From the NCBI GenBank assembly GCA_963677925.2, contig CAXXYH010000003.1:1536001-1600000 (forward strand): a stretch of DNA of 64,000 bases, read 5' to 3'. Source of the stretch: Spirochaetia bacterium. GTDB lineage: Bacteria; Spirochaetota; Spirochaetia; UBA9216. The notes under the pieces were generated by a model that was not told the DNA's origin, ran no database searches, and saw nothing but the letters and a program-made list of their open reading frames with translations. A program made the translations under genes and the position numbers. Positions 38,469 through 48,533 of the stretch are shown one piece after another (position 1 is the first letter of the stretch; every line of letters starts with the position of its first letter).

Positions 38469-39257
38469 TTAGAAACTGATTTTCCAGCCTACAGTAAGCC
38501 CTTCAGAAGGGCTATAAGCCAGGCGGCCGCTGCCCTCCTCTGTCTCAAGTTCTCCGTTATAATGAAGAAATGGAACAAGCCATCCGGCAAGTGAGCCGAT
38601 ACCTGCGCCGACAAGAACATCAGTGGGAAAATGCGCTCCGGAGGTTATACGAAGGACTGCCACTGTTCCTGAAAGCAGGTATGAGGCGGATATGAGCGGA
38701 ATACTAAGTGAAGACGGGGCTTTTTCAAGCAGCAGTGTGGTTGTCAGAAAAGCGGAACTCATGAATGCAAAGGTTGTATGACCGGAGGGAAAGCTGTTGT
38801 AGTAATCATCAGCATCCGGATCGAGTGAGATATCGCCGAAGTAGGTATAGGGACGGTATCTTGATATGAAAGTCTTTAAAATTTCCTTGGTACCGTTTGC
38901 CAAAAGGAAGGCTTCACTGTACATCACACCATAGGTGAGAAGATTGTCCAACTCAAAATCAAGATGAAGGAATATTGAAGCCGGAACGAGTAACGAAGCA
39001 TAAGCTCCATAGGTTGATATATCATCCATTGTACCGTTTATTTCAAACATCAGAGAATGATCAAGACTGTTGATTGCAGTAATATCGATTTGATCGGAAA
39101 TTACGGGATCAGAAAAGTAGCTTACTCCGTTAAGAGCCAGAGCTGCTGCACCTATACTTAAATCGGTCGCGAGATCGAGGCTGAACCGGCTTTCCTGTCC
39201 GAAGGCCTGAACTGCAGAGATAAGCACTGCAAGGATTAATAATGTTACTTTTTTCAA
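38469..39257 (-). CDS. PAP2 family phosphatase
   Basis: K-x6-RP, SFPSGH, R-x5-HFPTDV. Confidence 0.88.
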   Translation of the reverse strand: MKKVTLLILAVLISAVQAFGQESRFSLDLATDLSIGAAALALNGVSYFSDPVISDQIDITAINSLDHSLMFEINGTMDDISTYGAYASLLVPASIFLHLDFELDNLLTYGVMYSEAFLLANGTKEILKTFISRYRPYTYFGDISLDPDADDYYNSFPSGHTTFAFMSSAFLTTTLLLEKAPSSLSIPLISASYLLSGTVAVLRITSGAHFPTDVLVGAGIGSLAGWLVPFLHYNGELETEEGSGRLAYSPSEGLTVGWKISF

Positions 39258-39338
39258 TTTCTACTCTCCAATGTAAAATCAATACTGTATCTAATATACA
39301 CCATTGACCCGTAAGTTCAGTTGGAATATTATAGCCGG

Positions 39339-40715
39339 ATGATAAAAAAGAATGAACCCTCGGTAAAGTTTTCAGAAAATCTGAAGAAGATCCTGCTTTT
39401 AGGGACCCCCCTCCTCGCAGGACGGCTTACGCACTACTCACACCAGGTTGCAGATTCCATCATGATGGGACACTTCAGACAGGGCGGTCTTGAACTTGGG
39501 GCACTTGCAGTAGCCGGAATGTACATCTGGGTGCTCAACACCTTTTTGTGGCCGCTGGGACAGGGAATACAGGCTATTGTTTCCAGGCGTGCAGGACGGT
39601 CTGATGAGCGTTCAAATCCTGAAACCTTCGGAACAGTACTTGATCACGGTATAATTACCTCACTGTTTTTCTCTGTAATTGCCTTTCTGCTGTCTTTTCT
39701 GGCCGGGCCGCTTTTCAGACTGATACTCCATGATGAGCAGATAATCAGCCTTGCTCTTGAATATATAGGGATTCTGAAGTGGTCTTTCTTCCCATTCAGT
39801 ATTTCACAGATAATCATGCGCTTTTTCAGTACGGTTCATAAACCGCGGTATTCCATGACTGCCAGCATTATCTCAAACAGTGTAAACATACTTTTAAATT
39901 ATATATTCATATACGGCAAGCTCGGATTACCGCAGATGGGAATCAGGGGGGCAGCACTTGGAAGCCTGCTGTCATACGTAATAGGACTGATATACGTTCT
40001 TTCTGTAGCACTCAGAAAAAACCACATGCAGACATACAGGTTCTTCCATACCCGAAAGATTGACTTTGAAATAATCAGAACCATCATCCGTGTCGCCTCA
40101 CCCCAGGCAATCCAGAACATACTTGCTATGCTGATAATGCTTTTCTATGAGGCAATGGTCGAGAATATCGGGACTGTATACCTGGCTGCTACCCATATAG
40201 TCTTTTCATTCTTCAGAATCAATAAGACAATTGTAGGCGGTTATGCTCAAGGGACGGCTATTCTTATAGGAAATGCCCTTGGAGGAGAAAACCACAGAGC
40301 CTCCGGACAGGCAATGAAGGCCGGCTACACCATCGGAACGGCAATCGGAATTATTATATTTTCTTTAGTCTTTTTCTTTCCATCAAGGATTGCAGGAATA
40401 TTCTCCGCCCCCGGTGAAACATTTGAAATTGCCGCAACGGCACTGCGTTTCTTTGCGCCCTTCTACTTCTTTGAAATACTCGGCTTCTCATTTGAAATGG
40501 TTTTCTGCGGAAACGGCTGGGGAAAATTTGTACTCTTTTCCGAATTTACTACAAATGTAGTATTCATTCTGGGTTTTACATTTCTGGTAACCAGAATTCT
40601 GGGGATGGGTGCGGTTTCTGCATGGTGGGGATTCGGACTTTATCAGATTTTCCACTCATTAATACTGCATACAGGGTTTAAGAGCGGACGATGGAAACGG
40701 GCACAGGTGGACTGA
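39339..40715 (+). CDS. MATE family efflux transporter
   Basis: DSIMMGH, NILLNYIFIYGKLGLPQMGIRGAA; ~12 TM; start ATG 39339 preferred over TTG 39321. Confidence 0.88.
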   Translation: MIKKNEPSVKFSENLKKILLLGTPLLAGRLTHYSHQVADSIMMGHFRQGGLELGALAVAGMYIWVLNTFLWPLGQGIQAIVSRRAGRSDERSNPETFGTVLDHGIITSLFFSVIAFLLSFLAGPLFRLILHDEQIISLALEYIGILKWSFFPFSISQIIMRFFSTVHKPRYSMTASIISNSVNILLNYIFIYGKLGLPQMGIRGAALGSLLSYVIGLIYVLSVALRKNHMQTYRFFHTRKIDFEIIRTIIRVASPQAIQNILAMLIMLFYEAMVENIGTVYLAATHIVFSFFRINKTIVGGYAQGTAILIGNALGGENHRASGQAMKAGYTIGTAIGIIIFSLVFFFPSRIAGIFSAPGETFEIAATALRFFAPFYFFEILGFSFEMVFCGNGWGKFVLFSEFTTNVVFILGFTFLVTRILGMGAVSAWWGFGLYQIFHSLILHTGFKSGRWKRAQVD

Positions 40716-40764
40716 CAGGAATATTAAAAGTGTTTCCTGCAAAATAATTAATTATTTTCCGGAA

Positions 40765-40780
40765 ATTAACATGTGTTAAT
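40765..40780. promoter_or_regulatory. Palindrome upstream of the acyltransferase; candidate site for the neighbouring Crp/Fnr regulator
   Basis: ATTAAC-ATGT-GTTAAT. Confidence 0.55.
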
Positions 40781-40813
40781 GAGTATTTTCTGCAGCAGAG
40801 TTAGTTTCATGGA

Positions 40814-41950
40814 ATGAATAAGATTAACACTTTAATAAAACCTGAGAGGGATTACTATCTTGACTGGATCCGATCCGGAATTGTCCTCCTTCTTGTTCCC
40901 TATCACTGCGCCGTTACTTTTTCACATATTGGAAAGGGCTATATTTACACGGCAACAGCGGATCCTTCACTTTTTTTCAGCATAGGTTCAGATTTTCTGA
41001 ACCTGTGGTTCATGCGCACCCTGTTTCTTGTTTCGGGAATGGCAGCTTTCAAGGCTCTCCGCTTCAGATCAGTACGGCAATTTCTGCTTCAAAGAGTTAA
41101 CAAGCTGCTGCTTCCGGTAATATTTATGCTTATTGTAGTAAATCCGGCTGCAGGATACCTTCTTGCAGTAAACCACTTCGGATTCCAGGGCGGATTCTTG
41201 GATTTCTACCCTGATTTTTTTCTGAATCCGAAACAGTATCTTTTCTGGGGACATATGTGGTACTGCGTGTATCTATTTATTTTTTCAATAGCAACCATAC
41301 CCCTGTTTACTTTTTTAAACAGGAATTCACGCCTTGCCCGGATTAATAATTTTCTGCAGAAAAAAGCCATCATATTCCTTCCACTGGCAGCTGCAGGCTT
41401 GATTGAATTGCTTCTCAGACCGCTTTATCCGGGCTACCAGTCATTTATCGGAGACTGGGCAAATGTTGCGGTATATCTGTTTTTCTACTGTTTCGGATAT
41501 ATTATAGCCGGGAATGAACCTGTAATGGAAAAGTTTACAGGCTATTCGCGGGTACTTCTTATAAGCGGAACAGCGGCAGGCATCCTGTTTATCTGGCTGA
41601 AAAGATTTTTTCCGAATCCCGAAGAACTGGCTTATTTTGAGCAGATCAAGTCCTTTACATGGGGAGTGTCGGCATATTTACTCTGTATGGGAATTACAGG
41701 GGCATCCAGGAGACTGTTCAATAAGTCCGGCAAAATGCTTGCATTCCTGTCCAACTCATCCTTTTCGGTTTACATGTTCCATTATCTGGCTGTTTCTATT
41801 TTTAATACAATTCTTTTAAAAACGGGTTTGAACAATATATCAGTCTGGGCTCTATCAACAGTCTGTACTTACGCTGTCCTGTTTCTTCTTTTTGAATTTA
41901 TACTGAAACGTATAAAACCCATGAGATTTATCTGCAGCATCAAAAAATAA
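40814..41950 (+). CDS. Acyltransferase_3 (OpgC/MdoC-like) membrane acyltransferase
   Basis: RDYYLDWIR...YH, FLVSG, GHMWY, SFSVYMFH. Confidence 0.85.
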   Translation: MNKINTLIKPERDYYLDWIRSGIVLLLVPYHCAVTFSHIGKGYIYTATADPSLFFSIGSDFLNLWFMRTLFLVSGMAAFKALRFRSVRQFLLQRVNKLLLPVIFMLIVVNPAAGYLLAVNHFGFQGGFLDFYPDFFLNPKQYLFWGHMWYCVYLFIFSIATIPLFTFLNRNSRLARINNFLQKKAIIFLPLAAAGLIELLLRPLYPGYQSFIGDWANVAVYLFFYCFGYIIAGNEPVMEKFTGYSRVLLISGTAAGILFIWLKRFFPNPEELAYFEQIKSFTWGVSAYLLCMGITGASRRLFNKSGKMLAFLSNSSFSVYMFHYLAVSIFNTILLKTGLNNISVWALSTVCTYAVLFLLFEFILKRIKPMRFICSIKK

Positions 41951-41973
41951 GAATATGATGTATAATTCTTTCC

Positions 41974-42555
41974 ATGGACATCAGGAAAGAATGGAAAGAT
42001 GCTATATACACAGAGCTGCAGGAGTTCGGGATATCTGATACTGAATGGAAGAAATTTGAATCCTGCCTTCAGGGTATAAGACTAAAAAACAAGGACTACC
42101 TTGAAAGGCAGGGTGAAAGACCTGAACATATATCTATAATAATTAAAGGGATTTTCAGAGCCTTTTATCTTACTGAATCAGGTGATGAAAAAACCATAGT
42201 ATTCAGAGGCCCAGGAAAGCTCTTATCAACTTACAGTTCTTTCATTGATGAGAAATCATCAAAGTTCTCAATTCAGGCACTTGAGGACAGCATTGTATTA
42301 TGTATTTCAATAGAGGATTTCAGAAAACTGATTGACGGAAACAGTTTCTGGCAGAATTTTGCAGGTGAATACTATACAAGACTTTTTATTGAAAAAGAGA
42401 AGAGAGAGCACTCGCTGCTATCAGAAGATGCCAGAACAAGATACGAGAATTTTCTCAAGGATTACCCTGAACTCATAAACAGAATAAATCATTATTATAT
42501 TGCATCCTATCTAGGAATATCCAATGTATCCCTCAGCAGGATAAGAAATTCCTGA
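41974..42555 (+). CDS. Crp/Fnr family cNMP-binding regulator
   Basis: cNMP fold (KGIFRAFY, IQALED) and C-terminal IASYLGISNVSLSRIR HTH. Confidence 0.88.
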   Translation: MDIRKEWKDAIYTELQEFGISDTEWKKFESCLQGIRLKNKDYLERQGERPEHISIIIKGIFRAFYLTESGDEKTIVFRGPGKLLSTYSSFIDEKSSKFSIQALEDSIVLCISIEDFRKLIDGNSFWQNFAGEYYTRLFIEKEKREHSLLSEDARTRYENFLKDYPELINRINHYYIASYLGISNVSLSRIRNS

Positions 42556-42587
42556 AAGACTGAAGATAAAATTAAAGAAATTAATAA

Positions 42588-43523
42588 TCAGCCGAGGATT
42601 CTAAGCGCAGCAGCCTCATCGGTTATAAGCACTGTAAGAAGCCCTGCCTCAAGCGCAGCCTTGACAGCTTCGGCTTTCCCCGCGCTGCAGGCAATTCCAA
42701 CTCGCTCGGGGATATTCCTGAAACGGTTAAAATCTATGCCGATAATACGCTGGTTGAACGATATATCCAGAAGTTCTCCCCTGCTGTTGTAACTGTAGCC
42801 GCAGAGATGGCCGACAGCTCCGGCCTCCAGCATCTCGCTGGCTTCGGCCCGCGAAATAAATCCCGCACGGACAAGAGCACTCTTATCAATGTCATTTGAA
42901 CTTAAACCGACAAAAGCTATGTCGAGTTTTTCAGTATGATCAAGTGATGCCTTTATTCCGGGTTCAGTGAGCAGCATCTGCTTAAGTTCCGGCTTCTGAA
43001 CAATTACAGGGCATTGAAGCGGAAAGTATCTTGCATTGAGCTTTTTGGACATTTCACGGGCAAGGTCAGAACCGTCATACTGAGGGTTCTCCGAACCGAA
43101 ACCGCCCATAAGCTGTACAACGCTGGTGTCCACAACATTGAGCTGCTTCATCTGGTGAACCATCTGGTACAGGGTTGTCCCCCAGGCTATGCCTACCCTT
43201 GTTCCATCCTTTATAACAGATTCGGCGTAAGCGGCGGCTTCAGCCCCGGCAAGGTTCAGAACTGCACTCTGATCCGGTGCAGAGGGTACAATAATAACTG
43301 TCGCAAGATTATAGCGGGCTTTAAGACGCTCCCCGAGCTCGGTAGAGAACGGGGATGCATCATGTATTTTGATTTCAACAATGCCTTCGTCACGGCACTG
43401 CTTTAATATACTTGAAACGGTAGGCCTTGAAAGACTGTATTCGCGGGCAATTTCCTGCTGGGAAAGTTCATCAATGTAATATTTCCTGGCTATTTCAACC
43501 AGGAAATCACGGCTGCGCTGCAT
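42588..43523 (-). CDS. SorC/DeoR(LsrR)-family sugar-binding transcriptional regulator
   Basis: YYIDELSQQEIA...SRPTVS, GIAWGTT, LITDE. Confidence 0.9.
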   Translation of the reverse strand: MQRSRDFLVEIARKYYIDELSQQEIAREYSLSRPTVSSILKQCRDEGIVEIKIHDASPFSTELGERLKARYNLATVIIVPSAPDQSAVLNLAGAEAAAYAESVIKDGTRVGIAWGTTLYQMVHQMKQLNVVDTSVVQLMGGFGSENPQYDGSDLAREMSKKLNARYFPLQCPVIVQKPELKQMLLTEPGIKASLDHTEKLDIAFVGLSSNDIDKSALVRAGFISRAEASEMLEAGAVGHLCGYSYNSRGELLDISFNQRIIGIDFNRFRNIPERVGIACSAGKAEAVKAALEAGLLTVLITDEAAALRILG

Positions 43524-43545
43524 GCAGGAATATTAACCTGAAAAC

Positions 43546-44955
43546 CTATTTTTTGGAAGCAGGAAGGTGAATACACCTGCCCAGACAGTCCGCACAGGCT
43601 TCCATAAACGCTTCTGAAATTGTCGGGTGACCGTGGATAATTTCTGACACTTCATGAACGGTAATTTCCATTGCCATAAGCGCTGCAGCTTCATTGATAA
43701 TCTCTGATGCGCTGTGCCCGACTATATGAACACCGAGAATTTCACCGTACTTTTTATCAGCAATAACCTTAACAAAGCCTTCAGCAGCACCCGCAGCCAG
43801 CGCCCTACCGTTAACTGCAAGCGGAAATTTACCGACTGCAATATCATATTCTTTTGCAGCCTCTTCCTCCGTCAGACCGACACCTGCAACTTCCGGTACT
43901 GAGTAGACAACGCCGGGAACAAATCGCAGATCCGCAGATGCGGGAGCTTCTTCAGTCTTTATGCCTGCATAAGCTGCGGCATTGACTGCTGCAACCTCAC
44001 CCATTTTAAAAGCGGCGTGGGCAAGCATTCGCTTTCCATTAAGATCGCCGGCGGCATAAATGCCTGAAACAGATGTTTCCATCTTTTCATTTGCGGTTAT
44101 CTTCCCGCGTTCACTCGCAACACCGGAAGCACCGGCACAGCTGGTGTCCGCCTGGCGGCCGATAGAAAGCAGAGCCTTATCAGCCTCTACAGCTTCGCCC
44201 TTGTCAACCGACAGCTTGATTCCGCCGGAGACCTTCTCTATCTTCTCAAGCTTGACGCCTGTTTTTATCTCAACACCCTTTTTCTTAAGCGATCTTGCAA
44301 TCAGATCAGCCGATTCCTTATCCATAAAAGGAAGAATCCTGGGTTCCATCTCTATTACTGTGATTTTACTGCCGAATGCTGCAAATACCATTGCAAGCTC
44401 GATTCCTATAACGCCGCCGCCTATTACAGCAAGCCGTTTGGGAACCTCCTGTATATCGAGGATCTCATCACTGGTCATTACATTGGGATCATCAATACCC
44501 TGAACAGGGATTCTGGAAGCCTTAGAACCTCCGGCAAGAATAACGGCACCGGCGGTAAAGGTTTTCTTTCCGTCAATCACGACCTCGCTTGCCGATTTTG
44601 CCTCACCTGAACCGTAGAATACTTCAACACCGTTTGATTTGAGCAGTGTACCTACTCCGCCGGTTAGTTTTTTTACAACCTGGTTCTTTGCAGACACAGC
44701 ATCCTTCATATCAACTTTGAAAGAGGTACTTTCAAGCTTAATACCTCTGGATGCAGCCTCGGCCAGTTCATAGATAAACTCGGCACTCTTAAGAAAATTC
44801 TTGGTCGGTATACAGCCCCGGTTAAGACATGTTCCGCCAAGTACATCTTTCTCAACAAGAGCAGTTTTCGCTCCAAGCTGAGCAGCCTTGATGGCAGCAA
44901 CATAGCCCGCGGGACCTCCGCCTATCACAATTACATCAAAATCTTTTCCAGCCAA
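43546..44955 (-). CDS. lpdA: Dihydrolipoamide dehydrogenase (E3)
   Basis: GGGPAGY, GGTCLNRGCIPTK, HPTISE. Confidence 0.95.
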   Translation of the reverse strand: MAGKDFDVIVIGGGPAGYVAAIKAAQLGAKTALVEKDVLGGTCLNRGCIPTKNFLKSAEFIYELAEAASRGIKLESTSFKVDMKDAVSAKNQVVKKLTGGVGTLLKSNGVEVFYGSGEAKSASEVVIDGKKTFTAGAVILAGGSKASRIPVQGIDDPNVMTSDEILDIQEVPKRLAVIGGGVIGIELAMVFAAFGSKITVIEMEPRILPFMDKESADLIARSLKKKGVEIKTGVKLEKIEKVSGGIKLSVDKGEAVEADKALLSIGRQADTSCAGASGVASERGKITANEKMETSVSGIYAAGDLNGKRMLAHAAFKMGEVAAVNAAAYAGIKTEEAPASADLRFVPGVVYSVPEVAGVGLTEEEAAKEYDIAVGKFPLAVNGRALAAGAAEGFVKVIADKKYGEILGVHIVGHSASEIINEAAALMAMEITVHEVSEIIHGHPTISEAFMEACADCLGRCIHLPASKK

Positions 44956-44977
44956 ATCGACCTCCTATGAAAGCATG

Positions 44978-46309
44978 CTACGCCAGAATTGTAAGCGGAG
45001 ACTCAAGCAGATCACGTATTGTTTTAAGGAAGACCGCTGCTTCAGCGCCGTCCACAACCCGGTGATCAAATGTCAGGCTCAGTCCCATTATTTTTCGGTT
45101 AACGACTTCTCCGTCAATCATTTTAAGCTGATCTTCAATGGCACATACTCCGAGAATTCCGGCTTCAGGCTGATTGATTATCGGAGTGAAGGATGTTACC
45201 CCGTACATTCCAATATTTGAAACAGAAAATGTTCCGCCCTGCATTTCTTCAGGCTTAAGCTTTCCGTTTCTGCCCTTTTCCGCCATCTCGGCAGCTTTGG
45301 CTGAAAGACCTGATATTGTATAACAGTCCGCATCGGGAATTACCGGAACAACCAGGCCCCGTTCTGTTGCCACAGCCATTCCAAGATTTATATTTCCAAG
45401 ATACAGCAGTCCGTCACCTTCAAGACGGCTGTTCACTCTCGGATTAGCCCGAAGGGCTCTTGCTGTCGCTAACAGAATAAAGTCATTAATTGTAATAGAA
45501 CTGCCAAGACTTTCATTTAGCTTCTTTCTGGTATCAAGAAGTTCCGTAACATCCGCCCTGGTATTTTCAGTAACAACCGGAACTTCGGTATGACTCTGAA
45601 GCATTCGCTTTCCGGTTATCTTCTGTATATTAGTAAATTTAACGAATTCATCCTTCTGCTGTCCAGCTGAAACCGCAAAATTCTGAGATTTAAGTCCCGA
45701 ACCGAGGATATCGGCTTTAAAAACTTTTCCGCCGTGACCTGATCCTGCAACTCCTCCAAGTGAAATCTGCTGGTCGGCCGCGATTCTGGCGGCAAGCGGG
45801 GTCGCTGAAACAGAATCCGCTGACAGAACATCGGCTTCCCGGACTTCGCCGTGCTTTCCTGAAGGTGAAACTGAAGCCAGATCAACCTTCTTCTCACCTG
45901 CGGCTCTACGTGCTGCAGGAGTGGCCTTTACACGTCCGGACTCACTCACAGAGGCTGAAACCGCAGTGGCTGCCGGCACTTCGGCGGCGGAAGCGGTGCT
46001 ACCTGCTGCTGCAGCATCGGCAGCAGGAGCCTCCGCAGCTGCCGGAGCTTCCTCTTCGGGGACAGCTTCGCCCGGTTCGCCGATCCAGGCAATTGTCCTG
46101 ACTACCGGGACAGTACTTCCGGCCGGATATAGTATCTTGAGAATCTGACCTTCATAATCCGATTCAAGTTCCATCGTGGATTTATCTGTTTCAATTTCGG
46201 CAACAACATCCCCCTTGGAGACCTTATCACCTTCCTTGATGAACCATTCAATAATTACGCCTTCTTCCATTGCCATGCCCGTTTTGGGCATTATGATTTT
46301 ATCAGCCAT
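44978..46309 (-). CDS. Dihydrolipoamide acyltransferase (E2)
   Basis: Lipoyl domain ETDKS, Ala-rich linker, two subunit-binding repeats (ATPAARR, ATPLAAR), DHRVVDG. Confidence 0.92.
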   Translation of the reverse strand: MADKIIMPKTGMAMEEGVIIEWFIKEGDKVSKGDVVAEIETDKSTMELESDYEGQILKILYPAGSTVPVVRTIAWIGEPGEAVPEEEAPAAAEAPAADAAAAGSTASAAEVPAATAVSASVSESGRVKATPAARRAAGEKKVDLASVSPSGKHGEVREADVLSADSVSATPLAARIAADQQISLGGVAGSGHGGKVFKADILGSGLKSQNFAVSAGQQKDEFVKFTNIQKITGKRMLQSHTEVPVVTENTRADVTELLDTRKKLNESLGSSITINDFILLATARALRANPRVNSRLEGDGLLYLGNINLGMAVATERGLVVPVIPDADCYTISGLSAKAAEMAEKGRNGKLKPEEMQGGTFSVSNIGMYGVTSFTPIINQPEAGILGVCAIEDQLKMIDGEVVNRKIMGLSLTFDHRVVDGAEAAVFLKTIRDLLESPLTILA

Positions 46310-46317
46310 GGTTCCTC

Positions 46318-47301
46318 CTAAAGCAGGCTTTTAACAGCAGCCGCTATTTTTTCTTCAGTGGGTACTACCTGTGCCTCAAGTTCAGGGTTGTATGGAATAG
46401 GTACATCAAGTCCCCCGAGTCTTCTGATGGGTGCATCAAGATAGAAGAATGCTTCACTGTCGGCAATTGTAGCCGCAAGTTCACCGCCGAAACCGCCTGT
46501 CTGGCATGCTTCATGAACTATAAGAACCTTTCCGGTTTTCTTTGCCGAGTTGATAATTGTCTCCTTATCAAGAGGAACAAGGCTTCTGATATCTACAACT
46601 TCCACATCTATGCCCTCTTTAGCAAGATCTTCAGCAACCTTTATGCTTCTGGGAGCCATGCGGCCGTAGGTAATTATGGAAACATCCTTTCCCTCTCTTT
46701 TTACATCAGCCTTTCCCAGAGGAATTGTGTATTCTTCCTCAACTTCGGGAACCGGACCCTTTGCTCTGTAAAGCAGCTTCTGTTCTATAAAAACAACCGG
46801 ATTGTTGTCGCGTATTGCAGTTTTAAGAAGGCCCTTTGCATCGTAGGGAGTTGAAGGAATGACAACCTTAAGCCCCGGAACATGGGCTACCCAGGCTTCA
46901 AGACTCTGGCTGTGCTGTTCGGCAGCGCCTGTTCCTGAACCGCCGGGGGTTCTGAGTACCATGGGAACACTGGCCTGACCGCCGAACTGAAAACGGTTCT
47001 TGGCTGCCTGGTTCGCAAGCTGCTCCATTGATAGAGTGATAAAATCGCTGAACATGATTTCAGCTATGGTCCGCAGCCCCGTCATAGACGCGCCTGCGGC
47101 ACAGCCTGCAATTACAAGCTCTGAAATGGGAGTATCTTTTACTCTTTCAGGACCGAATTCTTCAAACATTCCTCTTGAAACACCGAAGGCTCCGCCGTAT
47201 AAACCTATATCCTCTCCTATGAAGATAAGATTCTTTTCACGGCGCATTTCCTCGCTCATAGCTTCATTTATTGCCTGTGCATATGTAATTTCTCTCATCA
47301 T
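46318..47301 (-). CDS. 2-oxoacid/acetoin dehydrogenase E1 beta
   Basis: GEDIG, DTPISE, EIMFSDF, QHSQSLE, DAKGLL. Confidence 0.92.
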   Translation of the reverse strand: MMREITYAQAINEAMSEEMRREKNLIFIGEDIGLYGGAFGVSRGMFEEFGPERVKDTPISELVIAGCAAGASMTGLRTIAEIMFSDFITLSMEQLANQAAKNRFQFGGQASVPMVLRTPGGSGTGAAEQHSQSLEAWVAHVPGLKVVIPSTPYDAKGLLKTAIRDNNPVVFIEQKLLYRAKGPVPEVEEEYTIPLGKADVKREGKDVSIITYGRMAPRSIKVAEDLAKEGIDVEVVDIRSLVPLDKETIINSAKKTGKVLIVHEACQTGGFGGELAATIADSEAFFYLDAPIRRLGGLDVPIPYNPELEAQVVPTEEKIAAAVKSLL

Positions 47302-47309
47302 ATTCTCCT

Positions 47310-48268
47310 TTAATCGGCATACACGTCGTCGAAGATGTTTTCGATCTTCGGTTCAGGGCTGTTCTCGGCAAACTCAACGGCCTTCACAACATCGTCTGCA
47401 GCCTGTTTTGCAATAGCATCAATCTCAGCCTGAGTCATTATCTTGTTTTCAAGAAGATAAGCGGTATGCCTCTTAATGGGACATTTTTCCTTCCATTCGG
47501 CAACCTCGTCCTTGGTTCTGTAAAGCTGGGCATCACTCTTGGAATGGCCTAGCCAGCGGTAGGTATTTAGAACCATAAGCATTGGTCCGTTTTCAAGAAC
47601 GTATTTCTTTGCTTTGATTGTCTCTTCGTAGATCTTCAGAACATCGTTTCCATCGAGTGAAATACCCTTCATTCCGTAGCTGGTAGCCCTTATGGAAATA
47701 TCGTCGATATTCATTGACTGCTTTGTACTGGTGGACATGCCGTAAAAGTTGTTTGTGCATACAAAAAGTACAGGAAGCTTCCATACTGAAGCAAGGTTCA
47801 GAGACTCATGAAAAGCGCCTTCATTTGAGGCTCCGTCTCCGAAAAAACATACTGTAATATTATTTTCCTTGTTGTACTGCTGTTTTAGAGCAGCACCGGT
47901 TGCCAGAGGAAGACCTCCGCCTACAACGCCGTTTGCACCGAGGCTTCCGACAGAAAAGTCAGCAATATGCATACTTCCGCCCTTGCCCTTGCAGTAGCCG
48001 GTTTCCTTTCCGCGGAATTCCGCCATCATCGGCCGAGATCCATGCCCTTTCCTATTGCCTGGTTATGGCTTCGGTGCGTCTGGAGGATGTAGTCTTCTTT
48101 TTCAAGCGGATGACATACTCCTATCGCAGCAGCCTCCTCTCCAATACTGAAATGAGCGGTTCCATGAACCTTTCCTTCTACGAAAAGTCTGGCCGCAGTT
48201 TCTTCAAATTCTCTGGTCTGCATCATCTTGAGCAGAAGCTCTTTGTGTATTTGTTTTGACAGCTTCAT
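47310..48268 (-). pseudogene. 2-oxoacid/acetoin dehydrogenase E1 alpha, split by a 1-nt frameshift at ~48027
   Basis: N-part (REFEE...GTAHFSIGEEA...THRSH...MDLGR*) and C-part (MMAEF...GKGGSMH...GDGASNEG...GHSKSD) join into one E1-alpha if one base is added at CGA|TGATG. Confidence 0.8.
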
Positions 48269-48323
48269 TTTTCCCCCCGTCAAATTTCTTTATTATCAGG
48301 ATGATTCGAATATAATCCATTAA

Positions 48324-48367
48324 TTTACTTTTGTAAAGTTTTATTTCTATATTTTTACATTTGTAAA
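48324..48367. promoter_or_regulatory. Paired palindromic operators upstream of the dehydrogenase operon (candidate SorC-family sites)
   Basis: TTTACTTTTGTAAA (48324-48337) and TTTACATTTGTAAA (48354-48367), 30 bp apart. Confidence 0.65.
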
Positions 48368-48533
48368 CTTTTTCCACCTGCATCTTAACATATATCTTCT
48401 TTATTAAAATAAAATAGCATTATTTTAGGCATATAATAAATCTATTTGAATGTACATTGATAAAGCTGATGGCTTTTTAAGTGGCGGTTTTTTATGATAA
48501 TATAAAAGACCGTTTTTTATCAGGAGGCATATT

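Noticed and set aside
48015-48040. Programmed ribosomal frameshift in E1-alpha
   Set aside because: No slippery heptamer or homopolymer at the junction, and I know of no precedent in this family.
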